Assembly: GCA_001661245.1 (NCBI GenBank)
Contig: KV454012.1
Span: 1,600,418-1,664,417 of the forward strand
DNA length: 64,000 nt
Direction of reading: 5' to 3'
DNA from: Pachysolen tannophilus NRRL Y-2460
Lineage: Eukaryota
Part shown: positions 1 to 12,809 of the stretch, piece by piece
How the letters are laid out: each line of letters begins with the position of its first letter
Position numbering within the stretch: position 1 is the first letter of the stretch
Position numbers and translations under genes: made by a program
The notes under the pieces: model-generated
Told to the model about the DNA's origin: nothing
What the model saw: only the letters and a program-made list of their open reading frames with translations
Database searches by the model: none

Positions 1-1019
1 TCATTTAAACTTATGATTTTATTCCACTTATTGGCTAATAATGAATCCTCTTGGGATTGCTTCAGTTCATGTTCATTTATGTTATTGAAGTAATCTCTTG
101 CATTCAATTGTCGCTGTAATGTTCTTAATGGAACATCATCAAACTTATTTGATGTCAACTGATTTGTTGAAGGAGAAATCCCCAAGTAAGATACATTTGT
201 AGCTGGAGACGATGCATTTGATGACTGTGATTGACTCGTTCTACGATCGGGGCTTGAGCTTGTTCTATAGAGTTGTTCTGCAGGAAAAAAATTATCTACT
301 TTTTGTTCTCCCTCTTCATCTAATTTGTTTGAACTTTCTAGTGATCCGCTTCTAAAAGCAGTATATGAATAATTTAATAATGATTTTTTGTGTTGATGAT
401 GTTTTTGCCAATTTTTATTATTTGATTTCCTTTCTTTATTATCTTCTAATTCAAATTCAGGACTAAAAGAAGATATCCAATTATCGACATTTTTATTTGT
501 TGATTTTGAGGTTAACGTAGGTGATTGGTATTCGACTATACTTCTTTGTTTTTCTCTTAAATTTGCAGTGGAAGTGGCCTCTGTTTGAAAAGTATAATTT
601 GAAGAAGCACTTGACTGACGAGAATGACTTCTATAACGACTGAAGTTACTATGAAGGTTTCCAGGAACAACCGTATCAGAAACTGTATTTTCATTGTAAG
701 GTAATAATAATGAATGCTTGACCTTTGCTGTGGGTATTGGCTTATGATTAGAAACAAAGCTTGATTTTGAATTATTTCTGGTGGTGTTCTTAAAACTATG
801 TGTGGAATCATTTCTTAACCTAGATTGTTGGCTTAAAGCTCTTTCTGCAGTAGTTCCTCTAAAAGGTATATTTTTTGTATTGTTATATTCATATCTTGCT
901 GCTATTTGAAACTGACGTCCCCTTCTTTGTTCAGAGGGAAGTTTAGCATTAGAGTCATAACTTGAGATATTATTATCATTATCTCCAATTACATGTGCCT
1001 CTGCATCCCGTTCCATCAT
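1..1019 (-). CDS. Uncharacterised Ser/Asn-rich protein, 5' part (runs off the left edge)
   Basis: Manual translation from ATG at 1019 (MMERDAEAHVIGDNDNN...) has no stop down to position 1 (about 339 codons). It is absent from the ORF track because its stop lies outside the window. Confidence 0.8.
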   Translation of the reverse strand, partial: MMERDAEAHVIGDNDNNISSYDSNAKLPSEQRRGRQFQIAARYEYNNTKNIPFRGTTAERALSQQSRLRNDSTHSFKNTTRNNSKSSFVSNHKPIPTAKVKHSLLLPYNENTVSDTVVPGNLHSNFSRYRSHSRQSSASSNYTFQTEATSTANLREKQRSIVEYQSPTLTSKSTNKNVDNWISSFSPEFELEDNKERKSNNKNWQKHHQHKKSLLNYSYTAFRSGSLESSNKLDEEGEQKVDNFFPAEQLYRTSSSPDRRTSQSQSSNASSPATNVSYLGISPSTNQLTSNKFDDVPLRTLQRQLNARDYFNNINEHELKQSQEDSLLANKWNKIISLN

Positions 1020-1977
1020 ATAAATGATTTTAATTGCTGTGTTGTCTGTGTTGAAAAAATCGACAGTTTTCCTGGAATTAAAACCTCCTCCTGTTCTATA
1101 TCATATAAATGATCTCTACTTTGAAATATTTTATTTTATTTCTTTTCTTTTTTTTTTGCGCTTTTTGCTTTTTGCTTCTCTTTATCCAAGATTAGTTTAA
1201 ACGCAATGAAACCCATCAAACTGCTTAATTCAAAAATTGGTTTTATTTTAGTTAATATGCTTTTTCAAATTCAAAGGAAAGGGAAACAGTTTTATAAATG
1301 AAATTCAGCCAATAGTTAAAATGTCGATGAAAATAATTTGTTAACTGATAGAGATCAAATGTATATATGGCTCTATTTTATAAGTACAAACTAGACAATA
1401 ATAATAGCCTTGATATTATGCTGCTTTCTATAATACCGAGCATCGATTATGCAGAAGTTAAAATTTGACCAATGAAATGTTATCGATAAGAAGAGAAAGA
1501 AAGAAGAGCCTACCTGACTTTGAAGAGCATATACAACTCTGACATTCCAGTTACAAGTATCATTCAGCTGCTTCCAAATAAACCCATCTCAAATTTAACA
1601 TCACCATTTACTAATGTTCTTCCAAAGTCCCAGTTTTTCAAATAGGAAGCTGGAATGATAAATTGTCTTATTGATGAAAAACTTTGATACCTTCATTAGA
1701 GCTGATAAGGTTTGCCAATTGCATGCATAAACTTGCATGATAGGCCCGAAGGGGCACACGACCTTAATTTGATTGAAAAAGGAAGGGCACAACAGCAAGA
1801 TAGTAAGTACAATTAAGGGAAGGAAAGAAACATACTTTGGCAATTAGTTATTTGTTTTCAAAATCTACATGATAAAAGTAAAAAAGAAAGAAAAAAAAAG
1901 ATAAAAAAAAAAAAATATTGTAGCAGATTTTATGATAGCATAAACTTCGATTAAATGATCTATAGCTGTCTATATTT

Positions 1978-4900
1978 CTAGTCATAAATTTCAATTGGAG
2001 GAATTCTATCGTTATTGTAAAACCAATTTCCTGATTCTAATTCTTTGTCCAACCATTCTGTTGGGAATATAACCAAATGACCACGGATATGACTCAATAA
2101 TTTCTCTGAAGTATCATGATTATATATTCTATCACCAATCAAGTTACGCCTATGTCTTGATGCAAAAGTACCAATTCTTTTCTTTGAGATTTTATGATTG
2201 TTGTAATTGATTTGAGGTAATTGTTGATTATCTTTATTGTCACCATCTTCTGGGAAATAATTTACAGGTTCTGAATTATCAGCAAGTGGAATATTACTTT
2301 TGGAAGAAGAAGTGCTTGTAGGATTCGAATCTCTAGTGTTGTCTTCCCCTTGGAGCCCTTGCGATGAAACAGAAGATGTGGAAACGCTGTCATTGACATT
2401 TTCATTCGGAAGACCTAAAACTTTTGAGCTATAGGCCCTTTCAGCATCGGATAAATTTACTTTTCGCTCAAAACGATGATCATTTGGAGTTGAAGAATCG
2501 TTTCTTTCATTCCTTTGTTTGATTTCTTGCTCTTGAGCTAATATAAATGCAGAATTCATATTGGAAAAATCTTTGTAATCTTTCCAAGTCGACACTAAAT
2601 TATCAGGCTGAGAGTGGAATACCAGTCTATATATTCTGGTATTCCTTGAAGCAACTTCATACCATATATCTTCATAGAAATCCTCATCTAATGGATCTTC
2701 AAAATTATAAGGATCGATGAAGATAGGTTTTTCTGGAAGACCGGATGTACTCAATGATTGCAAAATATCGTTGACACCATTGTCATCCAAAGAGACAATC
2801 GGAACTTGACCTGAATAATCTGTTTGACCAGTACCATTATACAAGTTTTCAGCCGCCTTACTAGGTGGAACTGATCCAACACTTCCTGCCCACTCGCCTG
2901 CTTCACTAGAATTCTTTTTAAACTCATCAGAAACGGGATGAGACTCTTCTGTTAAGGGAATAGCACTTGTTACAACACTGCTTCCACTTACACCAGTATT
3001 ACTATTACTAGATTTCGGAGCCATTCCAACATTAGCCCTTCTTTTATCTTCCTCTTGTTCTTCAAACTTTTGCCTAGTTGCAACACGTTGAAAGTAAGCA
3101 ATTCGCTTTAAAAAATCCCATCTCTCTCTATTCTTCATTGACAATATACGTTCTTCTGCAGCGCTCAATTTTCTACCAAAACCTTCCTCGTAATTAATGC
3201 TGTCATCTTCTAAATATTCTGACACTTGATTCGAATGTGGTAAAAACACATCAGTAGGTTTTGAAAAAGCTGCATCATAAGCCCATTTCTTCAATAGTCT
3301 TGTAACTTTTTTAGTTGACTTTTGATAAGTTTTTGATTTGTAGTGATCGGCACCTAACCCATCGACATCATCTTTGTGGGCAGCATTATTCGAAATTCTG
3401 GAATCCGAAGAAAATGGCTTTTTCTCTCTAATTCCAACATTATCAACACCTGATCTATAATTAAATGAATGATATAGAGGCATTGGTTGCTGTTGCTTTT
3501 CTTTGGAAAACTGTTCAGGCAAGTCTTCTTGTTCAAGAGGAATTTCAAAATTTGGATCAGTTCCGGTTGCGTCCATAAAATTTTTCCATCTCATAGTGCC
3601 ATGAGACTGGTTTAATATCTCCCTAGATGCTAGTTCAACTGCAGCTGACAAAATTCTATCATCTTCTGTAGAAAAAGAATTCGTACAAGCTAATTTACCT
3701 AAATCTGTTCTGGCAATTTTTTCTAACTGCCCAAATCTCCTTTCTACCAATTCCAAGATATCAACGTCAACACCAAGATGTTCCCTCATCAATCTCATTC
3801 TTAGAGTATGAGCAAACTTACTAGCTAAGTAGGGTTTACCATTCATTACAGTATCAATTAACTCTTTATCTCTTACGATAGCTGCAACTTCTGAGTCTCT
3901 ATTTCCTCTCATTGATCTTTCATTGATGTTAGCAGATCCAATCAAAGCAACCCTATCATCAGCAATAATAGTTTTAGCATGTACATATAATTGCTCAGTG
4001 ATTAACGTTCTATCTTTTCCGATACGACCCCATTTTCTAAGTGAGAAAAATTGAATATAATCATCTGGATCAATACCAACTTTTCTCAATTTGGCAAATA
4101 TAGAAGTAGAACCCCTTGAAATAGACATGAACTGACATTGCATAATAACTCTAACAGATGAACCTTCAGCTCTGTCAACTTCACTTTCAAAACCTGGCAT
4201 CAAAGGGATAACACATACAGCTCTCCATGGTTTTCCTTCATTATGAGCTTTAATAATTCTATCGACTAAGGCATCCCCAATCCTATTTTGAATGACCACA
4301 CCATCCCATGCCGCGCTGGTAACAAAAAACTGATTTTCGAGGTAAACAAAGTGTTCACTTGTTTCGATTATCTTTAAATATGCTTGCTGGATACTAACTT
4401 CAGGCTCTTTCAATCCCAAAGACCAGCCACAAGATGATCTAAGTAGTTGTATTTCACAAGTTCCAGCTAGTCCCATTTTCAGAATTTCTTCCTTTGTTAA
4501 ATTAGGAGGAGGCAATAATAATGGGGTTGGTCTTGATGGTCTTTTCTGTCTTAACAAAAAATTCCATCTTTGTACAAAATGCCTTGATAAGTCTCTTGCA
4601 ATTTGTCCTGATGATATCATATGAACATCGTGCCACGGCATCCTAGGAACACTTTGCCTATCATACATAGATTCATAAGGTTTATCCAAGTTAAAGAAAT
4701 CTTTGACCCTGGGATTCGAATAATCTTTTCCAGGAAAATTTTGAAATCTGATATGAGCCTCATCGGACTTTGAGTTCAGATCCAAATCACTAGCAAATGC
4801 CATTAATGAATCATCACTCAAAACATGGTCCGCAGTATCATACCGACCGTAACATAAATCAATACCACCAAGAAAGCAGATAGTACTATCGACAATACAT

Positions 4901-7490
4901 AACTTTTCATGGTGTGCCCAAAAATATGTGTTTTGCAATAATTGGTTTGGAGATCTTAAAACATGAATGTTCAGATGCAAATCCAATAACGAATGTTTTG
5001 TCCACAACGAGTCTGTAACAACTGTATTACCAACGTTTCTATAAATTATAACAAAAATTTTAACTCCTTGTTCAGCTTTTCTTTTCAAAATTCTATCAAT
5101 TCTCCATTGCTGATTACCATTAGCTGGTCTTCTCATATATAATTCTGGAGATAACCACCAGTCATGAATGTATATAGTTTCCTTGGCCATTTCTAATGCA
5201 GAACTACATGCCCACATATAATCTCTGGCATCAACAAACCATTGCGCAAAACAATTATCTCTCACAGGAGCAAAACTTCCAAATCTGTTGGCTTGAGACC
5301 ATTCTGTTTTCAGAATCATCATGTTTATTGACTTTACCCACAATTTCAACTGTTTCTCCGATCTAGCTAACATTTTCAATTTTCTTTCGCTGTTCTCCAA
5401 TTTTATTGTTAAATAAGGTGCTTTTTGTTTCGCCTTTTGTTTAAGATTGCTTGCTTTCAAATCCTCATCTATAATAGAGTGATAGTCTTCCACATCTGAT
5501 TCATTCAGATTCACATTATGAATCGTTGATGAAGAAGTTGAATCCCCTATGTAATCAACTTTGAAACTTGAATCTACCAAAAATACTTCTAATGGAGTAG
5601 TCGAATAAATATCATTTACATACATGATGTAACTATTTCTGACCAAGAACCATTTTGTAGTATGTCTTTCAACCATATCTTTTAATTCCCTAAATTTTAA
5701 ATGCCCAACTCTCCATCCCTGTGCTTTTGCACTATTTCTCACTAGGAGATAACCTTGTTTACCTTGATATCCATTTTCATTGCCCAATAGAACTCCAATA
5801 GGCGATAGCTCAAAGAATTGAAAAACCCTATTTGACTGAGGCCTCAAAGTTAAAGTTATTAACAATTGATTCAAGTAAACTTCCATAGATTGTCTGAAAA
5901 GTTCATTGACATCTGCTGCTGCTTTTAATTGATGCTCCAAATTTACACCCTGATGACTACTTCTAGAATTAACCCTATCAATAAGATGTCCCAAAAATGA
6001 TCTTGATCTAGATCTTATAGAAGACAGAGCAGAGTTGGAGCTAATAGAAGTTATAGCAGAAAACGTATCATCATGAGCATGATCGTGCCTGACGCTTGGA
6101 GGAGGAATTGCATGTGTTGAAGGAACTAAATTTCCAGTAGACCCTATATTAGTATTGATATTACTAATTATTGATTTGCTGCGTCTCAAGTGATGATCAT
6201 ATTTCGGCATCTTTGCCAATTCAACACCTTTTCCATTTCTATTAAATGCGTTTGATTGGAAAAACAAGACTTTTAAACGCGAATGTAATGCTGCAAAATC
6301 TCTAATATCTTTAACAATTGACCATTTTAATCGATTTTCTCCGACACCATATTCTAATTCAATTTTATATTTTCTATGTTTACTCCTCCGACTTTTCGTA
6401 ATATCAACCAATTGAAAACCTAGCAAAGATAGCAATAAAGGTGCTCTTTGAGTACCATGTTCATCTCTTAAAAAGATACTACTTGCAAATAGAGCAGCCG
6501 GGCATCCTGAAATTAAAGAAGAGATTAAAGCTTCAGCTCTTAATTTTGTTTTTTCATCTAATTCTCTTTTCAATTCTTCTGCTCTATCCCAAATTTGATC
6601 ACCTGGATATTCTTTAGTTTTTTTTTAAACGGTTTTATAGAATTTTTAAATTCTTTCCATTTTCTTGATTCATTTGTTGGTGTTTCATTATTTCCAAGAA
6701 ATGTTTTTGAATTGGGAGTATTAGTGATCTTTGAGAGACGATTTATCCAAGTGTTATGGAAATCTTCGTCATCATTATTGCTGCCATTATAAAGAATATT
6801 ATGAAATGAATGGGTACGTCTTGATTTCAATGGCGGTTTTATTTTTTCAGATAATCTATTCAGAGGACCCATTTCATGAACATCTCTTTCATTTGTTCTA
6901 TTCCTGTTCAATGGACTTGGATCCGTTTCATGTCTGTTTAGTGTATCGCGGTAATCACCAAAAAGTATATGTTGGCGTTGTTGATCTGCTTCAGGTAACT
7001 CTCCTGTTGCATGTTCCGTCTCAGCGCTAAACCTTCCTTCCCTATGATGAGAATCTTCTTCTCCCGAATGCAAAAACCTAAATTGAAATGAATTGGGAAC
7101 AATGTGCGGATGTTCAAAATGATTATTATCAAGATCATTGGTATTATTGGTATTGGTATTATTATGGGTATTATCATTATCATTATCATTATCGTTACTA
7201 CTATTATCATCTGTTTCCTGAATATTGCTATCACTAGTGTGAAGGTTCTTCGCTGTACCATTGGCAGCACTATTAGCTGTACCATTAAGGATGCCATTGG
7301 TATGAATTGGTTCGTTTTCATCATTTGAACCATCTATATTTTTAGTACTATTCTTGTCTGAATTTTGGGATTTGATCTTATTAGTATCATCTTGCTGTTT
7401 ACTACCATCTTTGCTAAACAAACTGGAAATAAAGTTGGAATCAACTTTTTTCAATGTAGAACTCTCCAGAGACCCCTGAACATCCTCCAT
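1978..7490 (-). CDS. SPO14: Phospholipase D1 (PX/PH plus two HKD motifs), split by a one-base frameshift near 6618-6626
   Basis: HKD motifs HHEKLCIVD and HAKTIIADD, plus WWLSPE and GSANINERS. The upstream ORF (ATG 7490) joins the 1531-aa ORF if the A9 run gains one A. Confidence 0.93.
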
Positions 7491-8066
7491 AATCGACTCA
7501 TAAATCTCTAGACGAATTGCAAAACTAAGCGCCCACAGCAATTAGTCTTTGTTTTCTTAAACAAGTGCTAAAAAAATAAAGTAAAGCTCGCTAAATTTAT
7601 ATATTTTTATATAATTTTATAATTACTTTCTTAAATTTTTTTTTCTTTTGTTTTCTAATTACACACGCCGCATATAGAAGAGCTACATCATCAAATACAA
7701 TACAATTCATACACACAGAATGGTATAATTGAAGATATATATATTTACAAAATTATTAGTCTAATATAATCAAGAGTCTTTTTTTTTTTAAAAAAAAAAG
7801 CAAAAGTTTGTAAGAGAATAAATTGTAAAATGTATTTGAAATGAATGAAACAAAATAAAATAAAATAAAAATAAAAAAATTAAAAAAAAACGACCAAAAC
7901 CTAAGCTTATTCATATATTAGTGAGAAAGACCATTCGTTGCCTGTTATAATAACAGCAGGGATAAAACAACAACAACAACAACAAAAAAAAAATAATCGT
8001 AATAAAAAAAAAAAAAAGAAAAAGAGATAGAGCCATTAAAAAATTATGAAGAAAATAATATTTTGT

Positions 8067-8665
8067 TTAAATGATGATTTCTCCTGCTACTTCTTCATCG
8101 CTGCTACTCAAATCACTTTCACTTTCGCTGTCTTGATCCATTTTATCGTCCTCAGCTCCGTCTTCATCGCTGATTAAATCGCCATTGGCAGTAAATCTAC
8201 TTGGATCTGCATATCTCTTGACATAACTCTTAACTTTTTCAATATACAAATTATTATCTTTTAAATATAAACTACTTGCTTCTCCATTTAAAGGATCTGC
8301 AGCATTTGGGTAACTTAAAAGTTGAGGAAGAAAAGTTTCAAAAATATTGAATATATCAAACATTGGTGACCAAGTTTGATTAATGACATCAAGACAAACC
8401 GATCCAGAATTTTCATCTATATTTGGATGATAAATCTTATTTTGGAAACCAATTGATGGTGATTTATAAGGGTACTGGTCCGGTAGCTCAACATGGATCT
8501 TCCAGATTCCACCTTCATAAGGTGTCTCTTTAGGACCATGGAAATTCACATAAAATTCTTGCATATTATCATCAACCAAATTAACTTCATAATCACTCAT
8601 CAAGCTGGCAAAGTAAAAAAAAAAAATTAAACTAAGTTAATAAATCAATTTCAATATACCAATTA

Positions 8666-8697
<32 letters not shown>

Positions 8698-8882
8698 CAA
8701 TAATCATTAATCAATACATACAGTTTCATAACATCGGTTTCAATTCTTCTCTTTGGTGAGCTATTTTTAAATGAAAAAAGGAGTGGGGAAAAATAACATG
8801 TTAGTACTCATTCACAATAAAAATATTAAACCATATCAGAATATAAAAGACCAAAAAAAAAAAAAAAAAAAACTCACCTCAT
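8067..8882 (-). CDS. UBC8: E2 ubiquitin-conjugating enzyme Ubc8 with two introns (exons 8882-8878, 8760-8722, 8604-8067)
   Basis: Spliced N-terminus [22 protein letters not shown] and active-site [14 protein letters not shown]. Intron 1 is GTGAGT..TACTAAC..TAG; intron 2 is GTATGT..TATTAAC..CAG. Confidence 0.93.
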
Positions 8883-9176
8883 TATCACTTTATCTTATAT
8901 AATAAATTATATAAATATATAATTCAATTAAATAATTATATATAACTTGATAAATCAAAATGATATTTTACAAAACTGATTTTATAAATTATTTAAGGCA
9001 GATAGGATAAACTTATAAACTCATCGCGCGCGCATTTTAAGCGTTTTAAGAACAGATTGGAAAATGGACACACGACTTTCAACTGATTTAGGTGGGAAAG
9101 AGACCATTTTAACCATTGAAACAAGTAAAGATCTTGGAAGATTTCTTTTCTTTTCCTATTGGAGACTTATCTGGAG

Positions 9177-10301
9177 ATGGTAGAAAACTGTGATGCCAAA
9201 GGTGATGGTAATTGTGTTGCCAATGGAAATGGTAATGGTGAAAACAATGACCAAAATTTTCCAATTGTATTTACGTCTATGGGGATGTTTATTATTGATG
9301 AAATACATTTCCCAAATCAACCTGCTCAATATGATGTGCTTGGAGGTGGTGGGACTTGGGGTGTTGTTGGTTCAAGAGTGATACTATCATCAAAACATTC
9401 AGGGGAAGTTGGTATGATTATAGACTATGGTACGGATTGTCCAGACAAGATTAAAGAGGAAGTACTGGGATGGGGAATTGACCTGATAATAAGAGAAAAT
9501 GAATCAAGATTAACAACAAGAGGTTGGAACATGTATGGAGATAACGAATTTAGATCCTTTAAATATTTGACACCAAAGAAAAGAATTGATGTTGATGATT
9601 TAGTTCAATATGAAAGTTTATTAAATTCCAAATCTTTCCATTTAATATGTTCTCCTGAAAGATGTATTGAGATTATGAAGAGATTACGAATTGAAAGATT
9701 GAAAATTGGTAATGAGGAAGAACCAATTAGTATTTGGGAACCAATTCCTGATGATTGTAATCCAAAAAATTTGGAAAGATGTCTTTCAATATTAGATAAA
9801 ATTGATATATTATCACCTAATGCTGCAGAAGCATCTTCTTTCTTTGGATTAAGTGAACCAAATAATAGAAAAGAATTGGAAAAAATTGCATCAAAATTTA
9901 TACCTTACTTGACAAAAAAAAATTCAGGAATAGTTTTAAGATGCGGTAAAATGGGATGTTATTGTTTAAATAATTCAGGTTTATCGAAATGGTTTCCTGC
10001 ATATCATCACCCATTGAATCCAGATTATAAAGTTGTGGATCCAACTGGTGCAGGAAACGCTTTTCTAGGTGCTTTGGCAACTGGTTTTGTGAAAAGTGAC
10101 AAGAATTGGACCATTGCTTGTATTTGTGGTAATATTGGAAGTGGATTAGCAATTGAACAAATAGGTATGCCAAAATTAACCAAAGGTGATAGATGGAATG
10201 GCAAAACTGTACAAGAAAGATTCAAGCTCTACTTAGATAGGAATAAAGATATCGATTTTGATTTCAAAAAACTTTCTAAATTGTTAGATTATAATCAGTA
10301 A
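9177..10301 (+). CDS. MAK32: PfkB/ribokinase-family protein Mak32
   Basis: GMFIIDEI, GGGGT and the VVDPTGAGNAFLG PfkB signature; adjacent to MAK31. Confidence 0.85.
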   Translation: MVENCDAKGDGNCVANGNGNGENNDQNFPIVFTSMGMFIIDEIHFPNQPAQYDVLGGGGTWGVVGSRVILSSKHSGEVGMIIDYGTDCPDKIKEEVLGWGIDLIIRENESRLTTRGWNMYGDNEFRSFKYLTPKKRIDVDDLVQYESLLNSKSFHLICSPERCIEIMKRLRIERLKIGNEEEPISIWEPIPDDCNPKNLERCLSILDKIDILSPNAAEASSFFGLSEPNNRKELEKIASKFIPYLTKKNSGIVLRCGKMGCYCLNNSGLSKWFPAYHHPLNPDYKVVDPTGAGNAFLGALATGFVKSDKNWTIACICGNIGSGLAIEQIGMPKLTKGDRWNGKTVQERFKLYLDRNKDIDFDFKKLSKLLDYNQ

Positions 10302-10336
10302 AATATATATATATATATATATAAATGTAAATTCAT

Positions 10337-10648
10337 TTATGTTTTCACTTTCCCTTGTATATTTTTATTTTTCAATTTCCACCGTTTTGTCTTTTCGTAC
10401 TCTAACCTATCTACTTCCACCTTCACTATAGCCGCCTTCGGCACACAAACCAATCCTATATTTCTATGTCTTAAAGAATTCTCATCATCATGATAGTATT
10501 CTGTTGCATCTGATATTAATAAATTCGATTGATCATCCACAGCTATCAACACTCCTTTCACTGTTCGACTATTAACAATCTCTATTTTAAAAGGAAGAGA
10601 AATATAATCCACCACAGATAACTCCAGTCCAGATCCAGACATCCTCAT
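10337..10648 (-). CDS. MAK31: Sm-like NatC auxiliary subunit (Mak31/Naa38)
   Basis: Sm1/Sm2 motifs (RTVKGVLIAVDDQSNLLISD, RNIGLVCVP) and synteny with MAK32. Confidence 0.8.
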   Translation of the reverse strand: MRMSGSGLELSVVDYISLPFKIEIVNSRTVKGVLIAVDDQSNLLISDATEYYHDDENSLRHRNIGLVCVPKAAIVKVEVDRLEYEKTKRWKLKNKNIQGKVKT

Positions 10649-10858
10649 AATATTTCCGTTCTGGTTATTGTTATTTTGTATTGAGTTATATCTGTTTTTC
10701 ACAAATGTTTTCGATTAATTTCGATTTTTCCTTTTTGCTTTTTTTTTTATTTAATTTTTTTTTTTCAAAATATATATAAATTATTATTATTTAATTAATA
10801 AATAACAACAATATAAAATAAAAATATATCAAATATTTATAGTAAATTTTCGATCATC

Positions 10859-11701
10859 ATGTCATCGACAGCAGCAACAGTGAATAACGAGCTTGATGAG
10901 TACAATGTTGAAGAGAAATACCAGGTTTTACCTCAAGCTTTAAATCATCCTTCATCATTGATGTCATCGACCACGGCTAATAACGATCTCACAAATGTAT
11001 CATTAAAATCTATAATCGCTTCCAAATATACACTATTAAACACTAGTTTATTAGAATTATTTAATATAGTTCATCAAAAGTTGGGCAATGAAGAAATATT
11101 TCAGAATGATTTAGATATTGGTCATTATAACGAGTGGTATGAAAATTTGCAAGCGGAATTCAATGAATTAAAAAATCAAGATAAAAGCGGTACTCATGAT
11201 GAACTTGATAAAAAATCTTCAGAATTAAGCAGTTTGTTAAAAGAGCTGATTAAAAACTGTCCTAAAGATTTTAAACTTAAATTTAAGAGTGGCGATGGTT
11301 TTAAAATACACAAGAAAAAATTCAAGTCTAAGAAAATTGATTATTTGAAAGCAAGTGATTTCTCATCAGCTACTGAACCAGAAATTCCAGTTGAAGTTGA
11401 ACCGGAATCTGAACCATCTAAAGAGGAGCTTAATTCAGAAGAAAAGGAGGTTGAGGAGAAAGATGCTGACGAGAAAGATGCCGAGGAAAAAGACACTGAG
11501 GAAAAAGATACTGAGGAAAAAGATGCCGAGCAAAAGGATGTCGAGCAAAAAGTAGCTGAGGAAAAAGATGCCGAGCAAAAAGATGTCGAGGACAAAGATG
11601 CTGTAGAAGAGGTTGTTGCAAAAGAAAAAGACAATGAAAAATTAGTAGAATTAGCAAACGAGGAAGAACTGCTGACACTGGAAAAAATGGAAGAAGATTA
11701 G
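10859..11701 (+). CDS. Putative Htl1-like RSC-associated protein with acidic pentapeptide-repeat C-terminus
   Basis: 280-aa ORF divergent from MAK31. NVSLKSIIASKYTLLNTSLLELFNIV resembles the Htl1 core as I recall it. Confidence 0.6.
   Translation: MSSTAATVNNELDEYNVEEKYQVLPQALNHPSSLMSSTTANNDLTNVSLKSIIASKYTLLNTSLLELFNIVHQKLGNEEIFQNDLDIGHYNEWYENLQAEFNELKNQDKSGTHDELDKKSSELSSLLKELIKNCPKDFKLKFKSGDGFKIHKKKFKSKKIDYLKASDFSSATEPEIPVEVEPESEPSKEELNSEEKEVEEKDADEKDAEEKDTEEKDTEEKDAEQKDVEQKVAEEKDAEQKDVEDKDAVEEVVAKEKDNEKLVELANEEELLTLEKMEED
11438..11605 (+). repeat. Coding 15-bp minisatellite (about 11 units; EEKDA/EEKDT/EQKDV)
   Basis: Tandem GAG(G/C)AAAAAGATG(C/T)C-like units are visible in the sequence. 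Confidence 0.9.
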
Positions 11702-12778
11702 GATCTTCAACTTGTAAGTTAGGTTAGACTAGATTAATTATGCAAAAATTGTATTTTAAAAACAAGACAACAATGGGAAACGTTTATCCATTATAAAAAT
11801 TTCACAACATTTCGTAAGAGAATCCAAAATATTTACTCTCACCTCGTGAATTAGATTTTAATTTTATCTTTCTTATTAGCCTTTTCTTATTAGCCTTTTC
11901 TTTTTAACTTGTTGCTATATCAGTTTCCATTGGTATAAGTTAAGTTTTCTGAAAAAAAAATAGTATTCCATGGGAAGGAACTTTTGGCTTCAACTGCATT
12001 TCTAAACCTTAAATATTAACAAATTATAATGAAAACAAATTCATAGACGACCAATAGAAGCAGAATTAAGGAAGTGATCAAAAGCCATAAGATTGAAGTA
12101 AATACAGTAAATACACCATTAATTTAAAATTAAATCAGTAAATGCATAAAGTTCCAAAGGAAAACACAGCACTGATATCAAATGATAACGGATGAAACAT
12201 TTAATTAGCACAATATATGGAAAAATTCTCCATCTAAATAACCAAAGTCGTCAAATAAACATAAAGCAAAGATATAATATCTTTAAATTGTATGAAGTGT
12301 GTGTTAGAAACCCAAAGAAAATCAGGTGTTCTACCAGCATCTTCAATTGTGGTTAGAAGTGAGTGCAAATTAAATAAATAAAAGAATTTTGATAAAATGA
12401 ACTGATACTACCTGGTACACCTCATGAAACTACTGTAGAAGTCATGACACTTCAAAATCCAAGAAGCTCTTTGTAAAAGTACCCACTAACTTGGCTTCTC
12501 TTTCCATTTAACGACACCAATATAAAGCACACAACTTCACAGCCTTAAAAAGCAGCCAGAATTTTTGAAATTGTCTACTGGTCTAATTTCTATCCACTGA
12601 AACAAATATAAAAGTATATCAACTTTGTTGCCAAACCTGTGAATGAAGCAATAAATTGTAATAATTCTAGTCAAATGTTTTCACTAAGAGAATTTGAAAA
12701 TTGCATTTTATACTTTACTCTAATTTACAGTTAATAAAAGATAAAACAATTTTAGAGTTTCTTCAACCATTTTTCAAT

Positions 12779-12809
<31 letters not shown>

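Noticed and set aside
6731..7333. Ile/Met-rich alternative-frame ORFs (similar shadow ORFs occur in ITC1, SNT2, CEG1, NUF2, RTG1 and others)
   Set aside because: They are by-products of AAT/GAA repeats and codon bias inside real genes.
11438..11605. CRISPR-like array
   Set aside because: Head-to-tail coding repeat with no spacers, in a eukaryotic gene.
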